From Chrysomallon squamiferum (Eukaryota > Animalia > Mollusca), in NCBI GenBank assembly GCA_012295275.1, contig CM022670.1:19964001-20028000 (forward strand): a DNA stretch of 64,000 nucleotides, given 5' to 3'. Shown here in pieces: positions 18,961 to 34,000 of this stretch. A model generated the notes under the pieces. The model made no database searches and was not told the DNA's origin. It was given only the letters and a program-made list of their open reading frames with translations. A program made the translations under genes and the position numbers. The stretch's first letter is position 1. The number at the start of each line of letters is the position of its first letter.

Positions 18961-21900
18961 TCACTCTCTACTTTTAATTTATTTATTTATTAATATTTTC
19001 TTTTACAGATTTTCATACACCTTGGAATTCTTCCAAATTTCCAATCATTCATATGCAAGCAATCTGACGACTGATTCCCCACAAACAAAAAAACCAAGAC
19101 AATCTATGGGTAAAAGTAGAATTTTGTGTTGTGGCCACATTGATGTTTTGTACAAATAATAATTTTTTTTTTTTTTTTTTTTAGTCATCTTCTAAACAGA
19201 AAATGAAAAAAATTAATTGTTTAAATAAATAATAACAGGTAAATATAGAGCACTGTAATTAATATATGCATGATTTTTTAACTCGTCTGGAGACATTAAC
19301 TTTAATCTAGTTAAATGTCACATTAAAATAAGTTTAATTCATTAATCAAAGTTTTACAATCTGCTGTCAACTTCAATAAATGTTTCTTTTTTAGATATTT
19401 ATAAAATAAGTATTCTCTACAAACATCTAGAAATGCAGGTATATATATTAACTTACCTTAATTAAAAAAATACCTTTGATCTTCTGTTGTGTAATATATG
19501 CGCTTTACACAGGAAAATAAAGTAAACACTAATATTATATTCAGCAAATTCACTATCCAAGACTGATGAAAATAATTAGTTATTTTCCAAATAACAAAAA
19601 ATGAAAAGACAAAACTGATTTCATGAAATTTAATGACATACTTTATAAATACCATGATGATGTATTCCATATGAATGCATCTAAATTTAAGTTCTTTAGT
19701 GTCAGGTGCTGGAATTTAGCACCAAAAGAGGTTCATTTTGCAATTTGTTTCATTCAGAAATAATAACTAAAAAAAAAATTTAAAAAAAAAAAAAAAAATG
19801 ATAAGAATATGAGATTTTTTTTCAAATATAAAATGGTAACTTAATACTTACAGCATAAACTATTATTATTATTATTATCACATTCAAAGTCCTTACCAAT
19901 ATATTGGTATACAAAATTATCCACCAACAATAATTTTATACTAAGCCTAACAGAGAGAACATTTCTCCATAAGCATCTTGCTTATAATCTTTTACATATC
20001 CAATGTTAATTCATATTATTAATGACCGATTCTTAACTAGTATTTTACATTCTTAAATAATTTAAATAAGAATAATACAAATTGTTCTTATAATAGAAAT
20101 TTCTATTTTGTATCTGTATCTGATGCACTGCTGTCAGAAGCAGCATATTCATAACAATACTGAATGTCATGTATATTTTATTTATTTTTAGAAAACTTGT
20201 CAAACATTTCAAGATTATCTGATATAATAAATCTTTAAAAAAAAGAAACTGAAAATACATGTTTAAATCTTTGCATTTCTTAAACAACTGATTAATGCTA
20301 TCAATAACCATTAAGTAATTTCATATGCTACAGAAATAATTTATTATAATAAACATTCTGTTAAATGCAAACCCAATTTAATTTGTAGTCTACAGGTATT
20401 CTGCTTTCTAAAGAGGTATTAGTTTTCAAACCATCTATTATGGAATACAATCATTTATCAGTTTAGTATTTATTTTTATTTGTAGAGGAACAAATAAAAT
20501 CATAAATGAGTTATCCAAGTTTTAACACATTTAAACAACTTACTAAAACAATTTGTTATACAACAAATTGACTTATAACCTCTGTAAGAAATCTTATCTG
20601 TTTTTGGTTTAGTGAAAACCATCCCTCACAAATATCATTCAGAAATAAATAAGATTTAAAAACTGCTTACTTACAATTCTATCTAGCTAAAACAAAGAAC
20701 AATAAATAAAATAAATTTATAATATTCTGTGATAAAACCAACTAAAAGTCAAAAAAAAAAAAAATTCAAGATAACTGGAAAATATTTAAATCCTTAAAAG
20801 TCATAGTAATATAAATATATATATAAATTTGTGGTGCTTATTTCATTTTCAATTTATGGCATCAACACACACTTCTTTGTAAGTACATAAATTAAAATAA
20901 CCCAGATAGTTATGTTGTCTTCTGCACATTAAAATTTGAAACAGCTTCATGGTATTTTACTGTCATCCATATTTTTCCCTCTTTGTTTTATGGTCAGATG
21001 ATGAATACTTACTAATTTATTTATTTATTTGGTTTTTTTTCTGAAACAAATTATTGGAAATGAAAATTAACTTCTGTTCTTTATACTGTGTGACCAGTAA
21101 GTATCAAGGAAAAAACAAAAAATACCAACAAGTATCCATCACTTTACACTGACATGGAACTGAAGATAAATGTCTCTTTTAGATCATTTGACAATACCTA
21201 AATATAACACAAGTACTTTTAATCCTTTTGTCAATAGTGTCAACATATATTTACTTTGTAATTTTATTATATAAGACTGCAATCCTTTGACATAATTAAA
21301 TTATTTTTAAGAAAAAAAAAAAAACAGTTACTCTAAATCAAACTGAAATAGACCTTTCCATTATTCTATACAATTAATATTTTCTTTTATTAATGAATTT
21401 ATTTTTTAACTGGCTCTAAATATTAGTGAAGCAACTGATAAAGCTATAGTATCAAAAGCTAAACAGTACATTTAATACCACTGCTGCTCCTAGGCAGTTC
21501 AACCCAGAAAAAAACAAAAACAAACAGAAAAAGAAAAAAAACCTGTCTTAGTAACAAATGTAACTAAATTTAAAACTTCACAGTCCTGCTTATGTGATAA
21601 AATGCTAAAGGCAAGCAAAAAATTATAAAAATTTAAAAATCATAAAGGATTAAGATAATATTAGTATTTTATTTCTGATGGACTGTCATTTAATTCAATT
21701 ATGATTTGTTTCCATGTAGGGAAGGAGAGATGAACATCTATAATATATTTGGTGCAGACCAGCATGGATAAAGTCATTTCAAGTATAAAACCTCATCAAT
21801 AAATATACATGAAGAACCTCAATATACATGACAAGAGTGATAGATGAAATGTGACAGAGACATATACATGATGATCAACATAAATTTACAGGTTAAAGTC

Positions 21901-22095
21901 TATGTAAAATGATTTCCCCCAACCCCCTTTGTGTAAATGATAAACTCAGTAAAAAGTCACAGCTTTCATGAAAATGATTTAACAATGTACATAACACACA
22001 GCAGCTTTGTATATTGTTCTCTGTTCTGTGTTGTGCACATGATAAAACAGTAAATAAACATCTGAATAAAACACTGGCAGCAATAAAAAACAACA

Positions 22096-25000
22096 TTACA
22101 GAATAAAATCAGGATCATCATCACTGTCAACATCGTCACTGTCACTGCCATATCGTTTCCTACGTCTTTTTTTCTTTTCTTTCTTTTTTGTTGTGGGTGT
22201 TTTTGATAATGATATTGATTTTGGAGATTTGTTTGTCGTATGAGAACGTCTTTTCCTCTCACTAGGAGGAGTTTTGTGTACACGCTGAGGCATAGTATAT
22301 GCATACGAATAAGCTGAAGAAGCAACTGGAGCAAGTGTAGAATCCTGGAAAAAAGAAAGCCACAATAAAAATTTAAAAAATTAAAAATTATATCTTATAA
22401 TATATCAATGAATCTGTATGAATAATAAATAATCAATCATAAATTTAAATCAGTCTGAAAAATTATGTAACGGCACTGTTTTTATTAATTATTTTTATGT
22501 CCATTCGTTTGAAATAAATATTTGATCAATTCTCATTTAAAAATAAATTTTCTAGGAACTATTCTAGGAACAATTTCATTTAAAAAATTAAAAAATTGAG
22601 AGAAACTGTAAAATCCATTTTTATTGTAAAAATTACCAACAGACATTAAAATAAATGTATATTTAACTCACTCCTGAAGCTGCTGGACCATCACCAGCCT
22701 CTGTAACAATAGGTTTTCCATCTTCTCCAACTTCAACCCCTTGACCTTCTGTAACCCTCACAGATCCTGGAATAGGAGTTCCTCTTCCTGAACTCTTTTC
22801 ATCACCACTGTCATCATCGTCCATAGGATCAATACTCATCATCAAGTCTCGGAACTAAACACAAAGAAAAGCATTACTTCCTAAGAAAAATCAAAACACT
22901 GATATGTTCTTAAGATAATTTACATTTTGATCTAGTATACTGAATGCTATCTTTGTATGCTTTTTTATAATTTATAAACACCATCCCTTTTATTATTATT
23001 TGAGTACATGTTCAAGCATTAGTAAAATGCAAAGAAAATGTCAGATATAATTTTAAAAGATATGATAAAACATGTATTATGAAAAATCATCAAAAACTAT
23101 TTAATGATTTATGTGAAACATGATTTGTATTGTATTACAGCCATCAAAAATATTTCCATTGGTAAATATACTGTCCAAATGACATGAAACATGACATGAA
23201 AATGATGAAATTTGTGATGCATTAGGACAATATCTTATCTTATAGCAGTTTTGCTGCTAGTATTAGCAAGAATGTTTTTTGAATTATCAGTGAAAAGCAT
23301 ATAGTTTAAAAAGAAAGGAAAGAAATAAAGAAAAATAAAGAGACACAAATTATGACTTACTTGAAAATAGTCATCAACCAATTTTTGTCTTTTTTCATCT
23401 TCATCTGTACTTTGTGATTTCTCATTCATGATCACATCTATTGTGTGCTGAGGATTAAACTTTGCATTTGTCTTCCGAGTCACCTGTTTGTCATACATTT
23501 TTGTAGACTCTGATGGAGAATACTTGTAAATTTTGCTGAAATATTGACCAGTTTTTATGTTATGAAATTCAGCTATAAAGAAGGAACAATAGTAATAAAA
23601 TTGTTCAGCAATATGCTTTTTCTTTGCTCTATGCAGTCTTGATATAAGGTAGATTACAAAATGAAAAGATATGTACAGTATTCCCTCGCTATTCGCGGGG
23701 GTTACGTTCTTTACCCCCCCGCAAATAGCGAAAAACCACGAATATTGGATGCAGTTTTAAAATGTCTGTTATGAGATTATATACGGTACTAAATGCTTCC
23801 CAAACACTTTCTAAAGACACTCTTACTCATTAATACAGTAATAATGTAGTAATATTGCATGCAGTTATGTATTTCACTAATGTAGTAATGATAATGTAAA
23901 CGCATTTTAATTTTATACTGAAACAATATTTTAATCAGAAAGAAATGTAAGTACAGGAGGACAGTAACACCGCATAGCATAGTTACCCATAGTATTACTG
24001 TACCGTAAAGTCATTTTCTATGCGTACAACATATGTATTAGAATTGACAGAAAGTGGAACAAATTTAAAGGCAAACAGACAGATAAATACAGTACGCACA
24101 GTTCAGGTAATAATATGCAATTAAAAACATTATTAATACACGGTCACAAAAAATATGCACTGTACATACAGTGTATGCATTTATAAAAAAATACGTACTG
24201 TATTGCAATAATAATTGAAAAAATTTGATATTGTTTGTGCGGTTTACCGAGCATTTGTTTTTATGACGTTATGACGCTAGCCTGGTATACCAGCATACGA
24301 TGCGATAGGGTTAAGAGCCTAACCCGCGAATATGCGGGGCCGCAAATGGGGAACCGCGAACAGGTGAGGGTATACTGGATATACTTATTTAATATCTCAT
24401 TTACTGTTGGAAAAAGACCAAAAAATCAAATGAAAAATCCACAAATAAGAAGTCTACACTGACACCTCTATTTAATATTTCCACATTACAAAATACAAAT
24501 TAAAAGATACTATCCTTATTTTATAAAAATTATTTCTGAAACATGTAGACATAATTTTCTGAATTAAAAACATTAATTTTCTGTTACCTGTCTGTAAAGC
24601 CATACAAATCTTTTAAATGCTGCTTCAAGACAAGCAATAATACACATCCCTGAGACAAATCAAGTACATCCTGAAGAGGTTTAATGTCTTCAGGAAGTTT
24701 TTCTGAAAGTGAAATAGCATTGTCAAAAATTATATAAAAATTTTAATACTAAGAAATGTTAATGAAAAAAAACAAAATATTTTGATAAATTTGCTGCATA
24801 TTATTTTATCTGTACTAATAAAAAACAATATAAAGACAAATAAATTATTTTTTTCACAAAACAACATTCATACTGCACCAATTAAAGAATAAAGAAATAT
24901 TTTAGGAAAATTAATTTATAATTTTCATCTCTTTTAACCTATGATTACATAAGAAGTTTTAGTTATAAAATGAAATGATTTATTATGTAAAGCATTAATT

Positions 25001-28000
25001 TAACAAATATTCTAAATATCACATGTCATTCTACTTACTCAATAATGATTCTGAATCATCATCTTCTTCTTCTATATTTAGACTGGTTGTTTGTGCTTGA
25101 GGTTTTATCTGTACATCCTCTTGTGGTTTTGCTTCTTGTTCTGCTGGTTTTTCTGATGTTTCTGGTTGTACTGATGGTTCTTGCTGTCCTGACTCTGTGG
25201 ACTCTTCCATGGATTCTTCTTCTACATTTTCTCCATTATGTAACCGGCCATTTTCCATATTACCATTCACAGATGGGGTAGGGGATTTTCTTGGATTCAG
25301 TGCCTATATCCAAGAAAAATAACAGGTTTGTTATTTTATTTTAAAATACTCTATTAAAATAAATATTGATACTTTCACAAAAATAAATTTGAAAGTTAGT
25401 TTTATTCAGAAATTCATATACTGACCAACACTTGAATTTCTTATATAATTCTTTTGGTATTAACTGAAACTACTTGCCTCCTTGAAAGACTGTAAGAGAT
25501 TTGACCCCGTTACTGACACGATGACATCAATTTGGTGTATTGCAAACAATGGTTCATCTTGTGTTTGGTAATTAAAAAATGCAAGATTGTCTGCTATATA
25601 CAACTGCTCTTTCAGGCTTATTCTCTGAAATTAAAAATATGATAACAACCTGAACATTTTTATATTATTATTTCATTCATGTAATGCTAAAAAACTGAAG
25701 TGATCTTTTTACTTTAGTTTTTTCATTTTGCACATAACTGCTTCCTTATCGGATCTTCATAATAAAATCTGAATCATTTAAAATTTACTTACTGCAGAAT
25801 CATCAAATAGATGAAGGAGTGACATCAAGAGCCCACGTCTATGCTGCCTGTTAACTCTGAGAACAGTATAAAGGAATGAATTAAGGCTCTGGCAGTTGCC
25901 ATCATCTTGACATCGCATACCTCGGATTGGCCCTTTTTCTTTCCTGTGAGCATGTAGCACTTCTTGTAATCTGAATGATGACTTTAGTCCTTGTAGTGCT
26001 TTCATCTAAAATTTTCCAGAATGTTTTAAAAATAAATTAAAAATTAAAGAGAAAATCAAATACAAAAATAAAAGGTTCTGCTGAAATATGTATCTTTCAA
26101 TACAAATTATGGCCTTTGATTTGGTTGTTACGGGAAGAAACAATGATTTTACATAAAGAATGATTTCTCAGACATTGCACCTAATGTTAACCCACAAGTA
26201 ATAAAATAAATATAATAATTCAAATTTAATTGTTAAATATTTAATGAAAAGATGAAGTAATTACATGAGTAAAACCAGGATATTTCTTTTCTATTTCCTC
26301 AAGATGTTGATCAGCTTTCGTCCTTATAGCTAGCTCAGGATCTGAACCCATGCTAATAAGATATGGCACACACTGAAAATTAGAAATAAGTATTGACAAA
26401 AAAATAATAAAATGTCTATATCTGTGATCCCCACCAAAAAAAGTAGATTTTTCCTTATATAAACTTTACAAAAAGCAAAAAACAACAACAGCTCTATAAC
26501 TGAACCATCAAGTTCATTTTTTTAAATTTATATTATTATTATTATATATGGCTTTCTGTATCAAAATTAATTTGATATGATCTACAATATTTCAAATGAA
26601 GCTATCAACTGTAATTCAAAACATCTACTAATTTTGGATTTGTCTGTTAATGAAAGACAATTAAACAAAATAAAAGCTTTCATAAAATGGATAAATTGGT
26701 CCTCCAAACAAAGGACTGGGTACTGATTTTTATCTAATTTCACAATTTTCCTGGATTTTGTAACCACAACTTTGTCCTCTTTTTCAGTCTGGTAAGAAAT
26801 AAAACGTCTATCATTAAAAAGTTTGTTCTTTATTCTTTCAGTCTGTATGTTGAAAAACATATCTACTTAAACCACTTTTGAAATAAGCTATGACTGTCAG
26901 GTTGAATGAGTGGCCGAAGAATAAAGCATACCTGCACTAGGCCCACTACCTCTCTTCAAATAGAGAATCAGAACAAACAGATCCGTTGATCTTTAAAAGT
27001 ACAAATTAATTTTATGAAAACAAAAAATCAGTTTGGAGTACCTACTTTTATTAGAATTCTAACTAACCTGTACAGGATGTACGAGTCCCTGCTTCAGAAT
27101 AAGAATTATAACACCAAGAGCTGCCATTCGAACTTGGGACTGTTCATGGAAGAATGATTCAAGAACTTGTTTCAGGTAGATTTGCATAACTGTACTTGCC
27201 ATACTGCAAACAAAAGAAACATACGGATTTAATCAACAGTATTTTAACTGACTTTATTGTCAATTTAATGTAATTAGAAGAAATGTTATACCATTTTTAT
27301 TAGCAATATTTTTTCAAATCTCATTAAAGAAATAAGATAATTACTAATATACTATAACTAACCCAGACTGAACGTCACCCATTTCTTTCAGATCTTCTTG
27401 TTTGGCATGTTTTTTCCCTGGAAAAAGATATATTTAATTTTTTTAAATTATATAATAATACTATTTAATTTTTGTTCAAAAACTACCTGCAATTTAATAT
27501 TTTATTCAACAAAACAAAGAATTAGAATTAGCTTTATTTTTCAAAAAGAATTAAAATGTTTAATACATAAGTATCTAGATTTAGAGATTTTAACTGAAAA
27601 TAAAATCTGTATAAATGTATCTTACAGTCAGCATCTGATCTTGACATTCTAATTTCTTCTTCTGTCAAGTAACTCTGCAGGTTTTTCAAAACCTGTAACA
27701 AAAATTTATTATGTAAGAGATCTAATTGTTCCTGATATGTACAAAAAAGTTAGTTTAATGGAAAATGGTCCAACAAAATACATTTTGGACTAAATTACTA
27801 CTTAGATTTGAGAAAAATTGCATTCTTAGTACTTAAACTGATACATGAACTTTAACTATTATCACAGGTCTACAATGAAGAACAATAAAGTTTACATTTT
27901 TCTGAAGCACAGATCTTAAAGTTACAGAAGGCACAACATTTTTGAAAATTCATTACCTGACATTTTAATTTGATAGGTGCATTTTCATCTGTCAAGTAGT

Positions 28001-31000
28001 AGAAGTACATATCTTTCAAGATTTTTCCAAGCATGAACTCGTAATGATGTGTAGCCAGAAAACCTAAATAAAAAACAGACAACTAATATTAAAAATAAAT
28101 GACAGATAGATCACATTTTAATTCATTTGTATAAAGATGTGCTTTAGATTACTGTTATCAGCAGCAATTTCCTGAAGAAAACAAAACACAGTCTTTGATA
28201 ATAAATGGAGAATCACTGACTGGAAAAATATGAAACTTTCAGTTTTAGTGAAATAAAAATGAACAAACCTATTGCTGTTAGTGTAATATTTTGCACATCT
28301 TCGTCTTCGTGGTGCATGAAGTATACAAAAACATCAAAAACCCGGTCTTTCACACAAACCTACAATACAAATATAATCTTTTAAAATACTTTGGAAAAAA
28401 GTCAAAAATGAATTGAAGAAAGAAGAACTTTAAAAAAAAATAATAATAATACTAAAACAATCTACATGAAATACAAAGCTTTTCAGTGCATATTTTTAAA
28501 GTCATGTTCTACAAGATAAAAAAAATAGAAAATTTTACTGTGTAACAAAGTAATATTTTATTTTCAATTAATAAATTTTAAATTATACATAAAATAGGGC
28601 TCGAAACTCATCTGAAATGTATAATGGTAAAAAAAAAAATAAACAAGTTTGTGCCTTTAAATATTCATTTAAAAAAAAATTCATATACTTTATCATTAAC
28701 GTTTTAAGTAAGATTAAAAAGTATGCTTTAAAGAGTAACTTATGCACATACACCAATGTCACATTGAAATATTTCTCTGTCAAAAACTTTTTACCAAACA
28801 ATCAAACAAATCAATTCAAAGAGAAAATAACCCAGAAATTGGAACCCTGTGAAGCAGATGACAGAAGTTAAGAGCATTTAGGAAGGTTCAGATTTGTCTG
28901 CATATTTGGCCGAGATGACTGGAATGGTCACAATCAGTTTCACAGTACTAAGTGAGACTCATAGTTTTGTTTAGCAAGATTGCAGTTAACTACATGCATA
29001 TCCAGTCTACAAAATTAGTGTTTATAAATAGACGTTGGCAAATTAAAGTGAGCTAATATGTCCAATTTATTGAATGAAACCTTTTATGTGAAATAAATAT
29101 TTGTGATAAAACTATTAATAATAGCTCATGTGTTATAACTTATGGAAAAAAAAGGTTGTCCAAATAATTTTTCTGGGCGACTGACAGAAATGGAACTTTG
29201 GTCGCATTTGGTGACCTGGCAATTGGTCATTTTGAGATCTGTACATAAAATGAACAGCTATTCTCTATATTAGCTGAGTTTTAACAGGAATTGAAGAATC
29301 TGTTAATAATATATATATATAAACACACACACATTTTTATTGTAAAGTTTCCCAAAATAATTTGTTTTCACTACATGTTTTCTCACCTTTGTTTCACCCA
29401 TGTCTTTGTGATCAAAATCAAATTCTCTACACAAAAGACCAACAGTATACATGGCACGTAACAACATTGGTCTCCGAGCCCTTAATGTTGGATTATGGGG
29501 ATCTTCTCTATGGTCAGTCATTAACTTTGTCAACACCCCTGGAAGATAAAAATGGATGTTATAAAAAATGATGGTATTTAATTAAGCTTTATCAAGAGGA
29601 TGTACGGTATATAAAAATCTTTTAATAAACATTATCATTAATGAAACATTTAAAATAATTATATAACAAGATAAACTGAAAGTTAAACCTTTTTTCTTTT
29701 TTTAAAAATTTAAATAATTTTACTTTTCATGTTATTTTAAAAAGAAAAAAATCATTACCAAAGAATTTCTGAAAGCAATCCTTCACTAGCTTGAAATTGT
29801 GACTGACTTTATTTACAACTGCACCAAGGCAACTGATACAACTCTGCAGTACCTGAAACAAATAATTAACAAATTTATAAATAATAAACATTTATTACAT
29901 ATAGAATATAGCAATATTAAATCCCTTTTCTCAGTAGTATTAGGTCATCTGTGTGAAGATATGAACTAGAAATATTTTTTAAAATCAACAAAATAATAAT
30001 TCTGAAATCTTCTTTATTTTGATGAACTGTCATTTTACAGAAACCACATTAACAGCATCAAATGCCAAACAAATTCCACGTAAGCTACCTTGCTTAACAT
30101 CATCCATAAATATTTTATCCTACGTCCTTACTTACCATCATGCCATGTTTAAGTATTAGCTTCATCATATCTTCCTCCAGTTGGGCAAGAAATGATTCAC
30201 TAGGATGGTCCATCAGTGGAACAACTGCTTCCAGAATCCTTGCTATATAATGTAATACCAGATAGTCTCCTTGGGTCTGAAAAAACAACATATCATTAGT
30301 CTGTTTATCATACTAATAATTACTTAATACAATAACAAGTGAAAGTAAGAGTAACATGCTGAAACAATTACATAAATATATATTACAAAAACCTGCAAAA
30401 TGCAGCTAATGTACATGGTAATACCAAACCTTTAATAATGAACTTACATTACACTTGATATCAAGATAGGGCTGTAATGTTGTTCCATGTTTGACCAAGA
30501 GTTCTGGTTTACTTTTGCTGAATAAATACATTGTTGAAAGACATGACACCAGTCGCTTGTTTGCTGCCTTCTCTTCAGATGTCTCTGAAGAAGACAAAAA
30601 TAATTAACATTTCAAGGCATCAATTTAGTGCATGAATAGCTGCATTTCATTATAATTTAATAAAGCACTTTTAATAAAACAAATTGCCAAATTAAAAAAT
30701 AAAGAAAATGTTCAGCATGTAAAAACATAGGCGTGTTTCATCTTGAATACTAATTTTTTATTAACAAGCCTAGAATTTGTCAAAACAAATACAAGAGATA
30801 TTATTTTTATTACAGAAGGTTTAAAATAATAAATAATAAATAAAACAAATTATGACAGTACAGAAAAATTATCTCAACTATCTCAATCACTTGGCACTTA
30901 CGACCACTTTTTTCATCCATTTTAAGCACATTTTCAACAAGGCAGTCAACAATCTGCTGACAAGCAAGGGTGGCACTTTTGTTGCAGTGACCATTTTCAT

Positions 31001-34000
31001 CCTGTTTCAACAGCTACATATAAAACAAATAAGTAATATGTATATACAAAGGAACATTTTCTTGCAATCAGTGAAAATAAAGAGTTTTCTATGAAAATAT
31101 AGAAGAAAAATTGGTTTGTGTAATAGACAAATGTTACTCAGTATGGAGAAATATTATTGTAGTATTAAAAGAACTATTTAAATAATAACAGATGTTTACT
31201 TTCTGTAACTATTTCATTAAATAACAAACTGAAGATTACATGTATTTGTAATAAACTCAAACACTCCGGCCCCCCCCGGCCAAAAAAACCAATAAAGAAA
31301 AAAAAAACTTTTATTAGATAAAAGGATTCAATCTTTATTACAGTTAATTTTAGTCAATGATAAAAATATCAATGACCGAAGTCAAAGATCATTCAAAGAT
31401 CAAACATTTTTTAAAATTAAATTAAATCAGAACACTTACATTGTCCAGCATCTGTTCAAAGAATTCATATCCTGTATCCTTACAAGCAGCAACCTAAAAA
31501 AATGTTAATGTAAATTTTTAACAAATGTATTACAATATGTGCAAAGATAAACAATTAGTTGTCAGTAACAATTAAATATTTGTAATTACTTTGAAAATCA
31601 TCCAATCATAATCAATAATGAAGTATAGCAATAAAAAATGCATGTATGAACAAGTTCCCATAGTTGTGATGTCAATGTATAAAGTACCAGTTGATCAGCT
31701 CTAAAGTTTCTTGCATCATAACTAAAAAAAAAAAGTTATCTGACTACCATGTATGTGATGACATTAGGATTCCAACTGTAGATGGATAAAATGGTAATGT
31801 TCAGATGTTTTGTAACAGTATTATTTTATTGTCACACTTTGCTACGAGTGATGAAGGTCACCAAAAAATATAAATTAATAATTTGGAAGCATAAAACCTT
31901 TTTATTATTAGATCATTTACATGTATTACAAAAAGGAACACTTTAATATTTCAAAAGATATATATTCATTTCTTCTGGAGTTATTTAATTTATAATTAGT
32001 TGCTTAAAGTACATATTTAGGGAATTAAATCCAAATACTCAGTGTTTTTGCAAATATTACTAACCACTTCTGTGATATTCAGAACTTTCTGAACAAGTTT
32101 TGTGTCATCTTTTTCCTTTGCACTGACAGGTGAGAACCACATCAACATAAAAACTTCATTCACCAATTTCTATAAAATAAAATAAAAGTAATGAAAATGG
32201 AAACATTTTCCACAGTAATAGCAACAGCTTTGTATTTTTAAAAATTATTTAAAGTTTAATTAACAAAAGTTTTTGCAATTGCTTTATCTGAGACATTTTC
32301 TTAAACAATTATTTTGTAACAGGATAGTGCACTCTTTTTGTGGCTGCAAAATGTTTTTTCCTAAATACAGCTTCTTACAAAGAAAAATAACACACCATGT
32401 ATTTAAATACATTCAACAAACCTTAATGCCTTCCTCATCATTGACCCGTCTTATCATTTTCACACACATTTCTGGAATTTTTGGAAAGTCTGGATGCTCT
32501 ATACAAATATCTTTGAAAATCTTTATCACACGTTTTCTTACACTAATGCCTGTGTCCTGGAATATATGAATAAAACTGAATAAAATAATTTTAAATATCA
32601 TGATTAAATAAAATTCTCAAGCATTATGGTATGTTTTAGTTTTCAGTATTGTAAATCAGGTTTTTGAGGGGCTTTGGCCTTTTTTTCCTTTAGAAGAAAT
32701 AAGATGAAGTAAGAAAAAATACAAATAAATAAAATGAAATGCTGCAATACAATTTCAAATGTTTCATTCAAATATCAGTGATGTATAGCAATATGAAAAT
32801 CTATATTACCAGTATTCTTTCAGACAACATGTCATAGTATTCTGGAATGAGTTCAGGACGGATAAGAATGAACTTTCCAAGAAGTTCTATGGCAGCTTCT
32901 CTGACAGAGGTTGACTGGTCCAGGAATCGCCCATGCACTCCTCTCTTCATGTCAGACTAAAGCATAAAAATAATATTGCCAATATTATATAAAAAATAAT
33001 AATCAGAATGCTGTTAATGTAATTACAGCACAGTGAACAAGAAATCATTTTAAGAATGAGTTTGAAATAAACAGTTTTCAAAAGTAAATATTAATAATGA
33101 CCTCTTAAAATACAAAGAATTCACAGTAACTTTCTACCAAATACAAATTGCATACATACTATTAAGTTTATGTAGTTTCATTAACAAATAAAAATATAAT
33201 TTCAATTTAGGTTTCTGTTTTCACTCTATAACATTTATTAAATTTGTTGCTTTTATTATTTAAGATTTTACCCGTGCAAGAATTCCTGGATCAGCTTCAA
33301 CTACTGCAGTTAAACATTTCATGGCTTTTGTACGCACAGCAACTGATGTTTCACTCAGCACTTTTAAAATCTGTGGAACAAAAATTAATCTTTTTAATAT
33401 GAATTAAAAAAAAAAAAGTACTTGGGTTGTTTTTGTGGGGTTTTTTTTGTTTGTTTTGGGGTGGTTGTTGAGGTTCTGTTTTTTAATGAGATCTCTGATA
33501 GGTAATTCAGCATATACATCTTTAATAAACTTCAACAAAGTGAATTAAAAATAAATACATCATTTTTCTAATTTTATTTATTTCTTTTTAAATATTATGG
33601 TCTGATGATTATTAAAAACAAACCTGTGTCAAATAGATATCAAAACTCTGTGCAAATGGTCTTTTTGATGATAAATAGCGGGCTACAAGACAGGCACTCT
33701 CATAGTCAAGCTTGCTTGGTGGTGGTCTGAGAAAAAATGGTTGCATCAGTTAGTTACAAATCAATTAAGGCTGAACATATTTTTAATTAGCAATTAATAC
33801 TTTTATAAGTGATTTTTCATTTCTTTTTGATTAAAATTCTCAAGGTTCAAGCTAACATAAAAGCCAATATATTTTAGAATAAACGGCTTTTATATTTTTC
33901 TTTTTATTTAGTTCTACTGATACAAGAATGTATTAAGATAAATATGGAAATTATGTTATCCAAATCAATTTAAAGAAAATGACCTACCGAATATTTGAAA

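Noticed and set aside
18900-22095. ORFs between LEXM and NIPBL (19458-19670, 20045-20311, 21893-22096)
   Set aside because: AT-rich chance ORFs in the probable NIPBL 3'UTR or intergenic DNA.
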